Source: Eledone cirrhosa
Lineage: Eukaryota
Reading direction: 5' to 3'
NCBI GenBank assembly: GCA_964016885.1
Contig: CAXHJY010001753.1
Location: forward strand, 1-64,000
Length of the DNA: 64,000 bases
Positions 23,701 to 37,659 of this stretch are shown here, in pieces (positions within the stretch are counted from its first letter, which is position 1; the number at the start of each line of letters is the position of its first letter). The translations under genes and the position numbers were made by a program. Below the pieces are notes generated by a model, which saw only the letters and a program-made list of their open reading frames with translations, searched no databases and was not told where the DNA came from.

Positions 23701-26240
23701 AGTTCTTCGATGCGAAACACGAAGGCTGCGTGGTCAGAAGCAAAACACGTGCTTTAGGAAACGAAGGAGCGAAAGCTGTCAGCTGGGCCCGAGTGGCGGA
23801 GGCAAAAAGAGGCAACAATTCCACGATTCGGTCTGTCAAAGATCAAAACGGACGCGTGCTACTTGACCCCAAGCAAATGTGCGCGGCCTTTCAGCAGCAC
23901 TTTGCGCGACTGTTTGAGCAGAACGACAGTAGGCCGAACGGGGCAATGGACGTTAGTTCATACCTCGACGGCCTGCCGCGTCTCTCGAACACGGACGCCG
24001 AGTTCTGCGATAGACCGATCACGGACACTGAGATACGGGACGCCCTGGGCCGCTGCGGGAAACGCAAGTCACCCGGTCTAGATGGTCTACCCTATGAGTT
24101 TTACATAGGCATGCCAGACTTGTTCTCTGGCGTCCTCAAAGCCGTCTACTGCAATTGACAGCAGAACGGGACAATTCCCAGTTCTGCAGGCAAGGGCGTA
24201 GTAACGCTGATCAGGAAAGACGAGAACAAGGGGGACGAAATTAACAACTTCAGGCCCATAACTCTGCTCAACACAGAGTTAAAGATTTTGGCCAAGGTGC
24301 TAGCGACGAGGATGGCCTTGTCGTCGAGAACCTGGTGGAGAAAGCGCAAACGTGTGCAATCCCGACCAGGTCCATACACGACAACCTCCACCTCATGCGA
24401 TACATCATAGAGAGGGTGGATAGTAAACCCGGCTTCGGTGGGGCTCTGATCAATTTGGATCAGTCTAAGGCATTCAATAGGGTCGACCATCGATACTTGG
24501 AAGCGGTTCTCAAGGCGGCCGGTTTCGGTCCCGTATTCAGAGGCTGGATCGAGGCGACGCACACCAGCATCTGCTCGAGGGTCAAGGTGAACGGCTACCT
24601 ATCGGAGCCGTTCGCAATCACGCGTTCCATTCGACAGGGGTGCCCTCTCTCCTCCATTCTGTATATATTGACTCTCGAGCCACCACTGCGGAAATTGGAG
24701 CTGTTGCAGCACATCCCTCTAGAATCGAGACTGCGCAAAGCGGCGTCGGCTTATGCCGACGACGTGACGGTAATGGTGTCGAGCACCTCGGAAATTGGGG
24801 TGATCGCCAACTTACTGAAAGAATACGAAACGCTGACGGGAGCAAAACTAAACCCGGACAAGTCTGTCGGTTTGCAACTCGGTACGTGGAGAGGCAAACC
24901 GATGACGTCTGACAGCGTCGTTTGACGCTGGCCGGACAGACCGGTGAAATTGCTCGGGATCTGGTTCGGTCCAGACCTCCAGGTGGAGAAAATCTGGAAC
25001 GATGTCACGGCCAAGGTGTTTGCACTCATCCTGAAGAGGGCAGAGTGCAAACTGTCCTTGAAAGGTCGAGTGGAGGTAGCGAACGCTTTCATAGCGTCCG
25101 TCATCTACTACCGCTTGACTGTCGTGCCTTATCCCCGTGAACACCTCGCCAAGATGGAACGCATGCTCTTCCAGTTTCTGTGGAAGAAGCAGGCTCCGCT
25201 GTGAGGAGATCCGTCTGCTGTCAGCACTCTTCCAACGGAGGGCTGGGAATGCCGTGGCTGATGGTGCGCAAACATGCGCTGAGACTACGGCATCTCCAGG
25301 TATTCTTCACCGATCCCCAACCGGTGTGGGCACCGTTTGTGAGACAGGCTTTCCCACAGCTCGTCTCGCTGACGGAGCTGCAGTCCCGGGTCAAGAAAAG
25401 ACCGAAAACGTTGGGCGCCTGGCACATTGAATGCGCTCAGGCGCTCACAGTCCTCTCGCAAGCGGGCGCAGCAATCAGTGGACACTCCACTTCGACATTG
25501 TATAGAGGGATTGTACGTTACAAGGGCGACGACGTGCTCGGAGAGACTCTGGGCGTCGAAGACGATGAGCTCACCAGTCTGTTTGGTAGGACTTTCCGCC
25601 CAGTACCTATGGACATCTATGGAATGGTATCCTAGATGCACGATGGGACTATGTGGGAGCATGTCCCAGTAGAGGGGGTTACAACAGCCTCAAAACTTTA
25701 ATCGGCCAATTCCAACTGGCCGATATGTATCGACTGGATTTCCCGACTGCACCACAGTGGACGTGGGCAAACCGCAGCGGGACATCTAGATCGTATTTAG
25801 ATAGGTTCTTCATAAGAGAAAGGAACAAGGAGATTTTAAGCTGTCCACGAATGCACATGGTTGCCTATTCAGATCACAAATTAATCGTCTGCTTAGTCAA
25901 CCGTGATAGAACACATAGACAAGGACCCGGATACTGGAAGCTTAACGTGTCGTTGCCGGCACGTAAAGCTTACAGTGAACGGATAAGTAGACTAGTCAAG
26001 CAACAGTTAACGGGAGCCATCGTCAACAAAACCTGTTCGGGCAGAGTGGCGGTGCGTCGAACGGGGCAAAGAACTTCGTTTCATACCCGACGGCCTGTCG
26101 CGTCTCTCGAGCATGGACGCCCAGTTCTGCGAAAGACCGATCACAGCCACTGAGATACGGGACGCTCTGGGCCGCTGCGTGAAACGCAAATCACCCGGTC
26201 TAGATAGTCTACCCTATGAGTTTTACATAGGCATGCCGAA
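20760..26240 (+). mobile_element. L1/Tx1-clade LINE, disrupted: ORF1 (~20853-22742, zinc knuckle) and ORF2 (APE ~22790-23500, RT ~24050-24925), followed by a partial internal duplication 25617-26240
   Basis: CFRCGSTAHLK knuckle; APE motifs SVNVRGL, DVIAITESR, VYAP, GDWNGI, SYLDRFF, SDHK; RT motifs KSPGLDGLPYEFY, FRPITLLN, LDQSKAF-RVDH, RQGCPLS, YADD. Confidence 0.9.
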
Positions 26241-26316
26241 CTTTGTTTTGTGCCTCTCTTTTGTTCTGTCAAACAAGATGGCGTAGGACAGAACAAAGGA
26301 GAGGCACAAAACAAAG
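26241..26316. repeat. 30-bp inverted repeat at the 3' junction of the L1/Tx1-like element
   Basis: ctttgttttgtgcctctcttttgttctgtc ... gacagaacaaaggagaggcacaaaacaaag. Confidence 0.75.
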
Positions 26317-26580
26317 AAAAGAATTCTCAGTCACTGAAGAGGTAACAGAATGTGTGACGAATGAACTTTGACAATATATGAACAACCGTCCGGTTGTAGA
26401 ACCAACCAACAAACCAGAAATTTATAAATTTTTAAATTTATAATTTAAATTATAATAAATTAGAGTGAAAGCAACTAGTGCGTGTTTTTCTTATTGGCAA
26501 CATGACCCTCCCACGTAAAACAATATCGGTTTCAACACACGTATTAGGATAAAGAATCTTGTTAAACAAATTCAGAAACG

Positions 26581-26639
<59 letters not shown>

Positions 26640-26994
26640 TGGAAATGGCGAGCTGTGTTGTTGCAAATATGATATATATAATAAAATGAAGAATTAGAAC
26701 TAGAAGCCAGGACTATCCCTCATCAGTGGTCTACTAGCCATCATAGGTATTTCTTCGCATTACAGACCATATACCTCCGGCTAGGGCAATACAATAACTA
26801 AATTAAATTATTGGAATAAAAAGAATTGGGTGGAGAAAGAGAGACAGGTAAACAAACATGAATAGTGAGGCAACGTAATATGTATGTATATATGTATGTA
26901 TGTATGTATATATGTATGTATGTATGTATATATGTATGTATGTATGTATATATGTATGTATGTATGTGTGTGGGGGGGTGTACATGTATGTTTA

Positions 26995-27868
26995 TAGAAG
27001 TAGTTCCACAACACTTAGTTCACCACTACTAAGAACAATTGTTTCATCTTATTCAAATTATCAGCTCGGTTTAAATGAGATGTACGGAAAAGAAAATACA
27101 ACTGTGCGAGTACGCATGTGCAGAAACAGTCACTTCCCTGGGGGAGGTAAACCCACAATAGATCGATATATATAACGAGGGAGATAACTGTAGATGCTCG
27201 GAATAAATTATTCATGTTATTGGGAATATTATAGATTATTCATGTTAGTCAATCTGGAGCTTTGAAATAATGTAGTAGGTGTTTCCAGACGTGTGGACAA
27301 GTTCATTCCTTGCATTTTGACAAACGATATTACGTAAATTCTCTGGATATTGATTCTTTCTTCAATGCACAGCCCACAAGACAAATTCGCATTTGCGTGT
27401 GGCTTAGACTTAGTTATAACTTTCCATTGGATGAGGTATCTACGCCTGTGTCCTTGCGCCTGTGGCCGGCGAGTCTCGTGGACGATCGTTTGTCCGGGTA
27501 TCTGAAGATCGACAGATGATTCAGGAAGCGTTTCTTAAACTGACCCACCGCCATACCTACATAGGATTTAACTACTTGTTGTTGATTTGGTCGGTTACGT
27601 AATTACAAAGCTCCGGATTGACTAACATGAACATTTATAATATTCTGAATAACATGAATAATTTATTCCGAGCATCCACAGTTATCTCCCTCATATCGAT
27701 CTACTGTTGGTTTACCTCCCACGGGGGAAGTGACTCTTTCTGCACATACGTATTCGTACAGTTGTTTTTCCTTTTCCGTACACCTCATTTAAACCGAGCT
27801 GATGATCCGAATAATGTGAAATAATTGTTCTCGGTAATGGTGAACTAACTGTTGTGGAACTACTTCTA
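26995..27868. repeat. Fold-back element, arms ~26995-27264 / ~27606-27868, each arm carrying a hammerhead-like motif
   Basis: arms are reverse-complementary (ORFs 27015-27215 and 27618-27824 share MNNLFRASTVISL). Confidence 0.85.
27793..27835 (+). ncRNA. Minimal type I hammerhead motif
   Basis: accgag CTGATGA tccgaataatgt GAAA taattg TT ctcggt: perfect 6-bp stem I; the opposite arm preserves the palindromic acaattgt stem III; stem II weak. Confidence 0.55.
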
Positions 27869-27951
27869 ACAAACTCGTCCATGGACTGAGTGCTCTACTA
27901 CGACGGATATAACCCACCAGTGTTCTACTATTATATACTATTATATATATG

Positions 27952-27984
<33 letters not shown>

Positions 27985-28000
27985 ATATACATACATGTAT

Positions 28001-28044
<44 letters not shown>

Positions 28045-28104
28045 GGAAAAAGTGAAACGAAAATTCATTTCTCACTCTTAGTACGGCTCTTATAAGTATA
28101 CATA

Positions 28105-28159
<55 letters not shown>

Positions 28160-28379
28160 ACATGTGTGTGAACTGACAATAGAGAATCCGTGTGAAGAAT
28201 ACTCTGACACCATGGTTGTCCAGATTAATCTGTATCAATAATTAAATTCCACGAAGAAATGGAAGGTTAGTGGAAACAGGACAGGGCGCTTTTCTTGCCC
28301 TAACTTTGTTGCTACACCAACTTTCGACTTTGGTTTTATCTTTGATTACTTTTATGGGATGTATGTGAGTTTTCAACCC

Positions 28380-28930
28380 CGTGAACGTCTTCTTGATTTG
28401 GGCATTTTGCATCCAATTTGAAAGTCTTTCAATCTCTTATTATGATTGCGACTTAGTTGAGCATAATGTTGAAAATATACAAATTCTCATGGATTATATT
28501 TCTATATCATGTAAGGACTCAGCATTAATCTGGAAAATATCGTTCTAATCTTCTTGTTTGTCCTAGAAAACACCTATGTGAAACCATCTGTTTTGGCTGA
28601 AGAAATAAATTTGAAATTAGTAGACAAGTTTGTTTGCCTAGGCAGTACATTCAGCCGTTCTTCTTTCTTAAACAATGAAATATATCTAAGGCGTCAGAAA
28701 ACAACAGTATCCTTCCTCTATAAGGTGTCTCGTGTCTGTTTCTAACATGCTATCACGATATTAATAAAATTGCTGTTTCATGCATGCGTATTAACCAATC
28801 TTCCTCTCTTTCTTTCTCATGGGAAACAGTGGTCAACGACAAGAAGTATGTAGGCTTTTTTAAGCGCATGCATTAAAGTTGTTAAACATATTCTGAATAT
28901 TATCTAGTTCTCACGGACGGCAAACACAGA
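28380..28930 (+). mobile_element. Highly decayed RTE/BovB-like RT C-terminal fragment
   Basis: VDKFVCLGSTFSRSSFLNNEIYLR resembles the RTE VDKFTYLGS-LSR...EV..RI motif. Confidence 0.55.
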
Positions 28931-28931
28931 G

Positions 28932-29121
28932 ATTTGCTTTCCTGTTGTGCTCCCGTACAGTTTTAAATCTTGGTTTGAGCCATGAACGCTTTCCGCATAA
29001 CAGCTTGCCGAAAAGCATCTGCTTCGAGATCCTCTAATTATTCATTCTTACAAGATGCGGAAAGCGTTCATGGCTCAAACCAAGATTTAAAACTGTAAGG
29101 GAGCACAAGGGGAAAGCAAAT
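28932..29121. repeat. ~67-bp inverted repeat with ~55-nt spacer
   Basis: atttgctttcc...acagttttaaatcttggtttgagccatgaacgctttccgcat / atgcggaaagcgttcatggctcaaaccaagatttaaaactgt...ggaaagcaaat. Confidence 0.85.
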
Positions 29122-30001
29122 GTTTTTCATCGTAACTAATAGAGTAAATGGATAAAAAATGAAGCAGCTGTTTTTTGAAAACTACAGATCTTTCATACAT
29201 AGTTTAAGTGAGTTACGGGAAAAACGTGCTAGTCATGAAGTAGATGCAGTAAACTTATATCTTTGCATAGGCGGCTAATTGGCAGAGTCGTTGGAACGTT
29301 GGATAGAGTGCTTTTCGGTATTCGTTTTGGCTCTCTTTTCCCTGAGTTCAAATCCCGCCGAGGTCAGCCTTGCCTTGAAGGTCGATAAAAAAATACCAGT
29401 CTAATACCGGGGGACGATTCCTAATACACATCTCTCTCATTCTCCCCTCCATTCTTTCACTTTCTATGCATATCTGGAAAAAACTACTGTGTTCAGACCT
29501 GGAGAGGAGTGGGCTCCGCCAGACTTAAAATGTTCAAGAAACTCCGTATGCCACTATGAAACTTTAACAGAGATAACATCAAAATGCCAAAGTGATATAC
29601 AATCATCCACTGCGTCGGCAAAATAGAGAACCCTTTGATCTACCTAAATAGCCCGGCAGTAACGAATGGTCATAACACTTTCATCAACTCAACGAATCAA
29701 CGACTTTATACGACAGCGATGTTAGCAACACCTCTTCAAAAAATAGTAATAGTAGTAGTAATATTATTATTATTACCACTTCTCCATGGTCTGAGTTCAA
29801 ATCCCGCCGCGGTTAACTTTGCCTTTCATCCATACGGGGTCGATAAAATAAAGTACCAGTAATACACAGGGATTATTTCTGGCCTTGTGCCAAAAGTAGA
29901 AACAATTACTACCATTCCTCTCTATATACATTATCTCTCAGTACATTTCAGTACAACTGGTATGTATACAACCTGATTCACTATTTGATGACACGCCCCA
30001 C

Positions 30002-30079
<78 letters not shown>

Positions 30080-30155
30080 TCCAGGGAGAGTTACTCTAGG
30101 TTCACCAGGGTGAGCACTCGAGGTTCAGGTTCACTTCAGTGTCGAGGTGTAGAGC

Positions 30156-30203
<48 letters not shown>

Positions 30204-30204
30204 A

Positions 30205-31224
30205 GGGGGTGTAACTTGGAGTTACTGCAGGTTCACCCGGGTGTGCACTCGATGTTTAGGTTCACTTCTGTGATGAGGTGTAGAGCTATACAGAGTGTAA
30301 TATATTGAAAGGATAACAAGGACGATTGATTACTCCTTCATTACATTTATTGGTAGGTGACGCGCGTTTCGCCACTGATCAGCTGAAGGTTCGATCTGTA
30401 TCGATCCTACCCGACTCAATGATCGGTAGCTCGACGGACCCTTTAAAATGCTATAAGAAAATGAAATACATGCTATGTGGTAAAGACAGAAGTTCAAGAG
30501 TTTGACAATATGAGTTGTTTTGATTGGTGGGAAGGATCAAAGGGATGTACTGGCCTGTAGTGTATGTGGGGGTGGATGTGATGTTAAGATGTTGGTGACG
30601 GTCGCTGGCTGCGATGGGCTGTGGTGTGGTGGTGGCGGGTTGACTTTGGCCTGTAGTGTATATGGGGGTGGATGTGATAAGATGGTGGTGAGGGTCGCTG
30701 ACTGGGATGGGCTGTGGTGTGGGAGTAGTAGGTTGTCGGTAGACGGGTTGGCGTGTGTGGGGTGTGGTTGTGGTGTTGTTGTTTATGGTAGTGGCGTTTG
30801 TGGTGGATGTGTTGGTGGTGTCGAGTCCATGGGGAGATACATACCTAGACACTCTTAGTCTGACAAATACGTTGTGTATATATACATATATACATGCGTA
30901 TACTGATATATATACACACGTACACACTCACACACACACACACATACACGTACCCACATAGATCCACACATACATATATCTATTTGCATATATACACACA
31001 CATGTATATGCATTCGCGCGCGTGGATATATATAGAGAGAGTGTGGGAGTATCGGTGGGACAAAGATAGAGGGAAGGTAGGAGCCAATGGAGATGGTGTT
31101 GTACATATAGACATACACATACATACACACATACGTATATCCACACATACACGTACACACACGTATACATAAACATACACATACACACATATATACATAC
31201 ATATATACACCCACATACAAATAC

Positions 31225-31259
<35 letters not shown>

Positions 31260-31295
31260 AGCGATTCTTTGCTTAAACTTTAATCTGTTATTTTA

Positions 31296-31331
<36 letters not shown>

Positions 31332-33770
31332 GCACATATATATAAAAAATGCTTACACACAGACATACACACTTGCGTTGGTTCGAGAGGGAAGGTATGT
31401 GTTGGCCGTGGTGATGAAGTTAATGGATGTTGAGGTATGGAGTTGTGTCTTGTGGTGGTGGAGTTATGAGCGACAAAAATATGCAGGTTCGAATGATACG
31501 ATGGGTTACAGGTTAAAAGGTGGCATAGGGAACGCGGAGGAAAAAGTGTATGGACGTATATCGATGTGTGTTGTGGTCATGGTGGTGGTGGTAGTGGTGC
31601 TGGGGTGATATGTTCAACAAAATGATTATATGATCAGATGTTACGGTGGGTTACAGGGTAAGGCAAACGGAGGACGGATATAACACAGTCGATCTGGGAG
31701 TGAGGGATGATATGTGTTGATGTTAATGATGTTAATGATTGTTGAAGTATGTGGATGTATCTAGTGGTGGCGGTGGTGGTGTGTGCGAGAGTACATTTAC
31801 AGGGTCGAATTTAGCGTGGGGTTGTAGGTTTGGATAGACAGAGGGAACATGGGGCAATAAGGTTGCGGGTGTGGATGGTATACTTATGACGATGTGTGCT
31901 GCGGTGGTGGTGGCGATGGTGTGATATGATCGACATTATATTTACAGGATCAGATGTTACTATGGTTTGCAAGGTAAACCTGACAGAGAGGACAGATAGA
32001 ACACAATGTTGCAAGGATGAGGGGTGTATGGCGATGTGATTTTTGGTGGGGGTGATGTATGCGGCACGGGCTAACAAATGGTTGCATGCAATACAAAAAA
32101 TAAATTCACTGAGATGGGCGATGGTGAGACGGGGCAGAGGTGGTTATTATTATGCTGTGTGCGGCCCTCCCCCGAATGTTTGTGCAGAAAAAGTGTTCAG
32201 CCTGGTGTGTCTGCAATTGACAATTATGTCCGACCTATAGTTTATGGCAGATTTTAGTTTAATTATTTCTACCGCCTCAACCAGGCATAACCTGCAGTGG
32301 TTTCTGTCACTGGGGAGTTGTGCCACGCGTCTTTTCACTGACCACGAGATCTGGGGTTCGATGTTGCTGTCCTTGATGTCCCAGATCAAATCGGCCAGTC
32401 TGGTTTGTGATCGTTTCAGCCTATGTTTAAAGGAGCTTCTATGGTTATACCAGCGCTCCTTAAACATACTGGATGTCGCACCTATATATGAGTACTCTTT
32501 ATTGCCGGCTGTGACATCACACCGGTAAACAATGTTTTTAACGAGGCACTCCCCGTTTAGTGGGCATTCGGCCCGTTTTTTGCAGTTGCAATTGGGTGTA
32601 ACCGGTGTGGTGGCACGTTGGCGGCACGCGGTGTGGATCTGGTATGTGGGTTGTTGTGTTGTGTGTGTGGTTTCGTTCTAGGTTGTGGTGGTGATTTGTT
32701 GTGGGGAAACCATGTGTTTTCGTATTTTTGTCCTATTAGTGTGTGCTATTTGGTGATGTGGAGAAAGAGAATTTTACAGTGTGTCTATTGAAGAGCTTGT
32801 GGTATTTATGTGTGCGTGGAAAATATCGTTCGAGAGCTCTGAAGAAGGTTCCCGGTATATTGGTGGCGACGTGTATAGAATACGGGGCCTTGTACCATGT
32901 GACAGGTCTACTTCGGGTTATGCGGTGTTTAGTGAGGTTTTTGTGGTTGGGTGGTAGTTTGGGTGCGTTTTGGTCAGGCGTATGTGTCATAGGGGTTACA
33001 AGTAGTCTATTGGCATTATGTCGTTTGTCTCTATTGCTACGCAAACGTGTGCGATAGTCAGAGTCGTTATTGGGGTTGGAGAGTATGGCTTTATCTCCTT
33101 GACAGTTGTGTGTGACGCTGGCTGCCCTGCCGGCTACGGAGAGTCTTAGGTTATTATTTGTCCTAGGTGTGGTGATTTCTTCTATGTTCGTTTCTAAGGG
33201 TCCGGTTATGTCCAGCGGCGTTACGGTTCTATTTGGGTCGATGTAAGAAATCTTCTCAATGTAACCAGGGTTTACAAGTGCGGAGTTGTAGTATTCCGCG
33301 TGCTGGTTGAAGATATTTCTATTAGCCGACAGGGTTGACACTCTATTGGAGACGCTTTTAACTATTGAGTTAATTATGCTCCTAGGGTGGTTGGAGTGAC
33401 TGTTGACGTATTTGAGATGTTCATTAGGTTTGTGGTGTGGACAGTAGAGACCTGTGTCTAATTCCAGGGTGACATCTAAAACGTTTACTGTCCTACTGTT
33501 AGGTTCAATTTCTACCTCTAATCCTTGGGTCTTAAAGATATATCTAAGTCGTTTGTGTAGTCTATCTAATTGGCTATTATTGAGTTCACGGGTCATATGA
33601 TGAAAACTTCGTTAAACTTTGAAGAGGCCGATTTATCACGGTGCTAATGCAAAGATATTAGAAAATGAGTTTTTCTATAGATCCCATCGGATTACCTGTT
33701 CATTGGCAAACACTTGTCAGTTATGTGATAAATGTTAGTCCTTTAACTCTGTATTCATGTGAGTTATTAC

Positions 33771-33855
<85 letters not shown>

Positions 33856-34119
33856 TGTGTGTTTGTATGTGTGTGTGTGTGTGTGTGTATTCTGGTATCT
33901 ACCAGTACATGGTAGGGCTAATAACATCGTTAGAGCTCCACGTATTCCAGAAGATAAGTTGGCGAGAGTTCTCGTTTTTGTAAGGGGCTGTTGTAATATT
34001 ATATTCCGTTGAGCATTCTAAACGGCCTACAGATTCATATATATGGGGCGGTGCCCCAGTATGACCTCAGCCGGATGGCTGGAACAGGTAAAAGAGTAAT
34101 ATATATATATATCTATCTA

Positions 34120-34159
<40 letters not shown>

Positions 34160-34501
34160 AGTGGAAGTTACTAAAATCGAAGTTGCGGCGCTCGGCTAGC
34201 ATCCAGGACAGAAAACAATATTCGGAGTTTTGCACGAAGCCCTCAATAAGATACCGATAAATCCATAAGTTACATCTTAGAGTAATAGACATACGCTAAA
34301 CAGCGTGACAAATTGAAAACTGCGGTTAAGGGGACAAAGTCACAGAAGCCACCACAACTACGAAAATAGAATCAGGTTACATAACATATATATATATATA
34401 TTAGTACAGATTAAAAGTTTATGTAATATTGTAGTGCACCTGAGCATTGTACACAATAATTTCATTATTATAATATATATATACATATATTACTTAAACT
34501 G

Positions 34502-34542
<41 letters not shown>

Positions 34543-34870
34543 GGGAGTGTAACTTGCAGTTACTGTAGGTTCACCCGGGTGTGCACTCGATGTTTAGGTT
34601 CACTTCTGTGTCGAGGTGTAGAGCTATACAGAGTGTATTATATTGAAAAGATAACAAGGACGATTGGTTACTCCTTCATTACATTTATTGGTAGGTGACG
34701 CGCGTTTTGCCACTGATCAGCTCAAGGTTCGATCTGTATCGATCTTACCCGACTCTATAATCCGCAGCTCGACGGACCCCTCGGACCATGAGCTGATCAG
34801 TGGCGAAACGCGCGTCACCTACCAATAAATGTAATGAAGGAGTAACCAATCATCCTTTTTATCTTTTCAA
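30205..34870 (-). mobile_element. Penelope-like element, 5'-truncated: RT C-terminus (32736-33596), GIY-YIG endonuclease (~32150-32595), pLTR-like repeats at 30205-30441 and 34543-34779 with an inverted piece at 34789-34870
   Basis: VNVLDVTL...YVNSHSNHP...R-STLS; CNC-K--ECPLNGECL-KNIVY...YIGATSSMFKERWYNHRSSF...C-LCL-E; ~235-bp direct repeat on both sides. Confidence 0.85.
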
Positions 34871-34871
34871 C

Positions 34872-34909
<38 letters not shown>

Positions 34910-36136
34910 ATGTGTGTGTTTGTGTGTGTGTGTGTGTGCGGGCGCGCGCCTGTGTGTGTGTCTGTACATACATATTGTATGTAAGTAGCTCTATGCACAT
35001 ATATATGTTTGTATGTGCCTATATACACTTGAGTGCTCACATGCAAATTCACTTGTCCATACATGTGTACATGCACATATGTATACGTGTGTGTATAATT
35101 TTTATACGCATGCATCAACACCAGCCAGCACACATTTATGTATGAACATAAATCTGAAAACATAATTAATTTTCTCATTGTTATTATTATCTCTTTTACT
35201 ATTATTAATGCTTTCATTTTTTTTTTATTAATGATTTTTGCTCTTATTAACATAATTTCCCATATAGCTGGAAATCATTCGCCTATTCTAACAAAAAAAT
35301 ATTACTCTCTAAATTTTTTCATAGCAACAATATGTTTTTCCATAGCAAGAATTTGTTCTTTCGCTCATCTCAAGAGAACGTCCTCACGCACTACCGTTAT
35401 GTTTTCCTGTTTTCTAAAGCCAATATTAGATCGTAATTTTTTTTTATATATTTACTTCTGCTTCTACAGATTGTTTTTCTCTGTTTTAGAAGATCTCGCT
35501 TATAGTGAAAGTAGTAATTTATTATCTGTACCAATAATAAATATATGCTCCACGGGTTTATATATACAGTCCTTATCGAGCCCTTTACAGATTTAGGTCT
35601 TTGTATTTATATATATATACACATATGCGCTTGAACAATGAAACCAAAAGACGAAGTTATGCTTAAATAATCCATTGTTTTACGATCGTTACAAAAGGTT
35701 GATCGATAGAGTGACTAAATCGATTTATCAAGAACAATGAACCTTCTGAAATGATAAAAAAATAATGAAGTACCAATATTAATATCATTCCTCGACCGGT
35801 CACCGCTCTATTTAACCAGCTCTTAAACATTACTGGAATTCTATAAGAATCCATGTTCTATATCTCTCGGCAGAAGCGAAGCGGTAATTAGTCTTGATAA
35901 CCGCTGCGAGCGGGAAACAGGACTGTCGATTACTGCCCTTTGTTTTTGCCGAGAATAAGTAAGTGACATAGTCACTACTTTAAAATTCATAGCGAATGGT
36001 CTTCAACATGTTTTTAATTAAACATATAGCATATTATATACACTATACATACATTCATATATATATATATTTAAAGGTTAAACAAGGTTCAATGAATAAA
36101 TCAAACTACTATGTCAGGGTATGTCATGCATCATCT

Positions 36137-36210
36137 TATTTTATCTGATGAGGACGTACTGTTGAAGATAGCTCAGTACCTCTGAAATATGAAATATGTA
36201 TAATAAAATA
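36137..36210 (+). ncRNA. Decayed hammerhead motif (same family as minus-strand copy ~62515-62580)
   Basis: ttattttat CTGATGA ggacgtactg...cagtacctct GAAA tatgaaatat GTA taataaaat. Confidence 0.4.
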
Positions 36211-36394
36211 TACTTGATCACACGAATGTCTATTTTTGTTAATATTTTGAATTAATATATATATATATGAAGATAAACATAGAATATTCGAAAATATTCT
36301 GTATGTTTATAATAAACATTTCGAAGACCCAATCGCTATAGAATAAAATACGTCACGTATTACAATTTGAGATTCTCGATAAAAGCAAGGGAAG

Positions 36395-36435
36395 TAACCT
36401 ACGCGTTTCATTCTTATTAGAAATCATCAGGATTA
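36395..36435 (-). ncRNA. Type I minimal hammerhead ribozyme; identical copies at 36707-36747, 37019-37059, 37331-37371 (minus)
   Basis: minus strand taatc CTGATGA t-ttct-aata-agaa-t GAAAC gc GTA ggtta: intact core, 4-bp stem II, palindromic acgcgt stem III, GUA site. Confidence 0.85.
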
Positions 36436-37618
36436 CATATCCAGTGCTTTTATCGAGAATGACACAGCTAGAGACTTATAGAATACTTAGCTGTGTACAG
36501 GAACTGGTTTGAAAGAGCGGTTGCCGGTCCGGCAGAAATTAGAATTTGGATATAATGCTCTGAAATAGCGATATATATGTGAAGATAAACATAGAATATT
36601 CGAAAATATTCTGTATGTTTATAATAAACATTTCGAAGACCCAATCGCTATAGAACAGAATACGTCACGTATTACAATTTGAGATTCTCGATAAAAGCAA
36701 GGGAAGTAACCTACGCGTTTCATTCTTATTAGAAATCATCAGGATTACATATCCAGTGCTTTTATCGAGAATGACACAGCTAGAGACTTATAGAATACTT
36801 AGCTGTGTACAGGAACTGGTTTGAAAGAGCGGTTGCCGGTCCGGCAGAAATTAGAATTTGGATATAATGCTCTGAAATAGCGATATATATGTGAAGATAA
36901 ACATAGAATATTCGAAAATATTCTGTATGTTTATAATAAACATTTCGAAGACCCAATCGCTATAGAATAGAATACGTCACGTATTACAATTTGAGATTCT
37001 CGATAAAAGCAAGGGAAGTAACCTACGCGTTTCATTCTTATTAGAAATCATCAGGATTACATATCCAGTGCTTTTATCGAGAATGACACAGCTAGAGACT
37101 TATAGAATACTTAGCTGTGTACAGGAACTGGTTTGAAAGAGCGGTTGCCGGTCCGGCAGAAATTAGAATTTGGATATAATGCTCTGAAATAGCGATATAT
37201 ATGTGAAGATAAACATAGAATATTCGAAAATATTCTGTATGTTTATAATAAACATTTCGAAGACCCAATCGCTATAGAATAGAATACGTCACGTATTACA
37301 ATTTGAGATTCTCGATAAAAGCAAGGGAAGTAACCTACGCGTTTCATTCTTATTAGAAATCATCAGGATTACATATCCAGTGCTTTTATCGAGAATGATT
37401 CTATAGCGATTGGGTCTTCGAAATGTTTATTATAAACATACAGAATATTTTCGAATATTCTATGTTTATCTTCACATATATATCGCTATTTCAGAGCATT
37501 ATATCCAAATTCTAATTTCTGCCGGACCGGCAACCGCTCTTTCAAACCAGTTCCTGTACACAGCTAAGTATTCTATAAGTCTCTAGCTGTGTCATTCTCG
37601 ATAAAAGCACTGGATATG

Positions 37619-37659
37619 TAATCCTGATGATTTCTAATAAGAATGAAACGCGTAGGTTA
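37619..37659 (+). ncRNA. Type I minimal hammerhead ribozyme (inverted copy); predicted cleavage after 37654
   Basis: taatcCTGATGAtttctaataagaatGAAACgcGTAggtta; stem I extended by a perfect 16-bp helix 37594-37609 / 37667-37682. Confidence 0.85.

Noticed and set aside
30451-30927. Thr/Pro-rich 158-aa ORF with a short internal repeat
   Set aside because: Lies in the low-complexity 3' region of the Penelope element
35138-35596. 152-aa hydrophobic ORF (also 40141-40491)
   Set aside because: Composition follows from AT-rich DNA; no motifs or splice evidence
36269-37398. CRISPR-like array
   Set aside because: Whole 312-bp units repeat with no unique spacers; eukaryotic context; no cas genes
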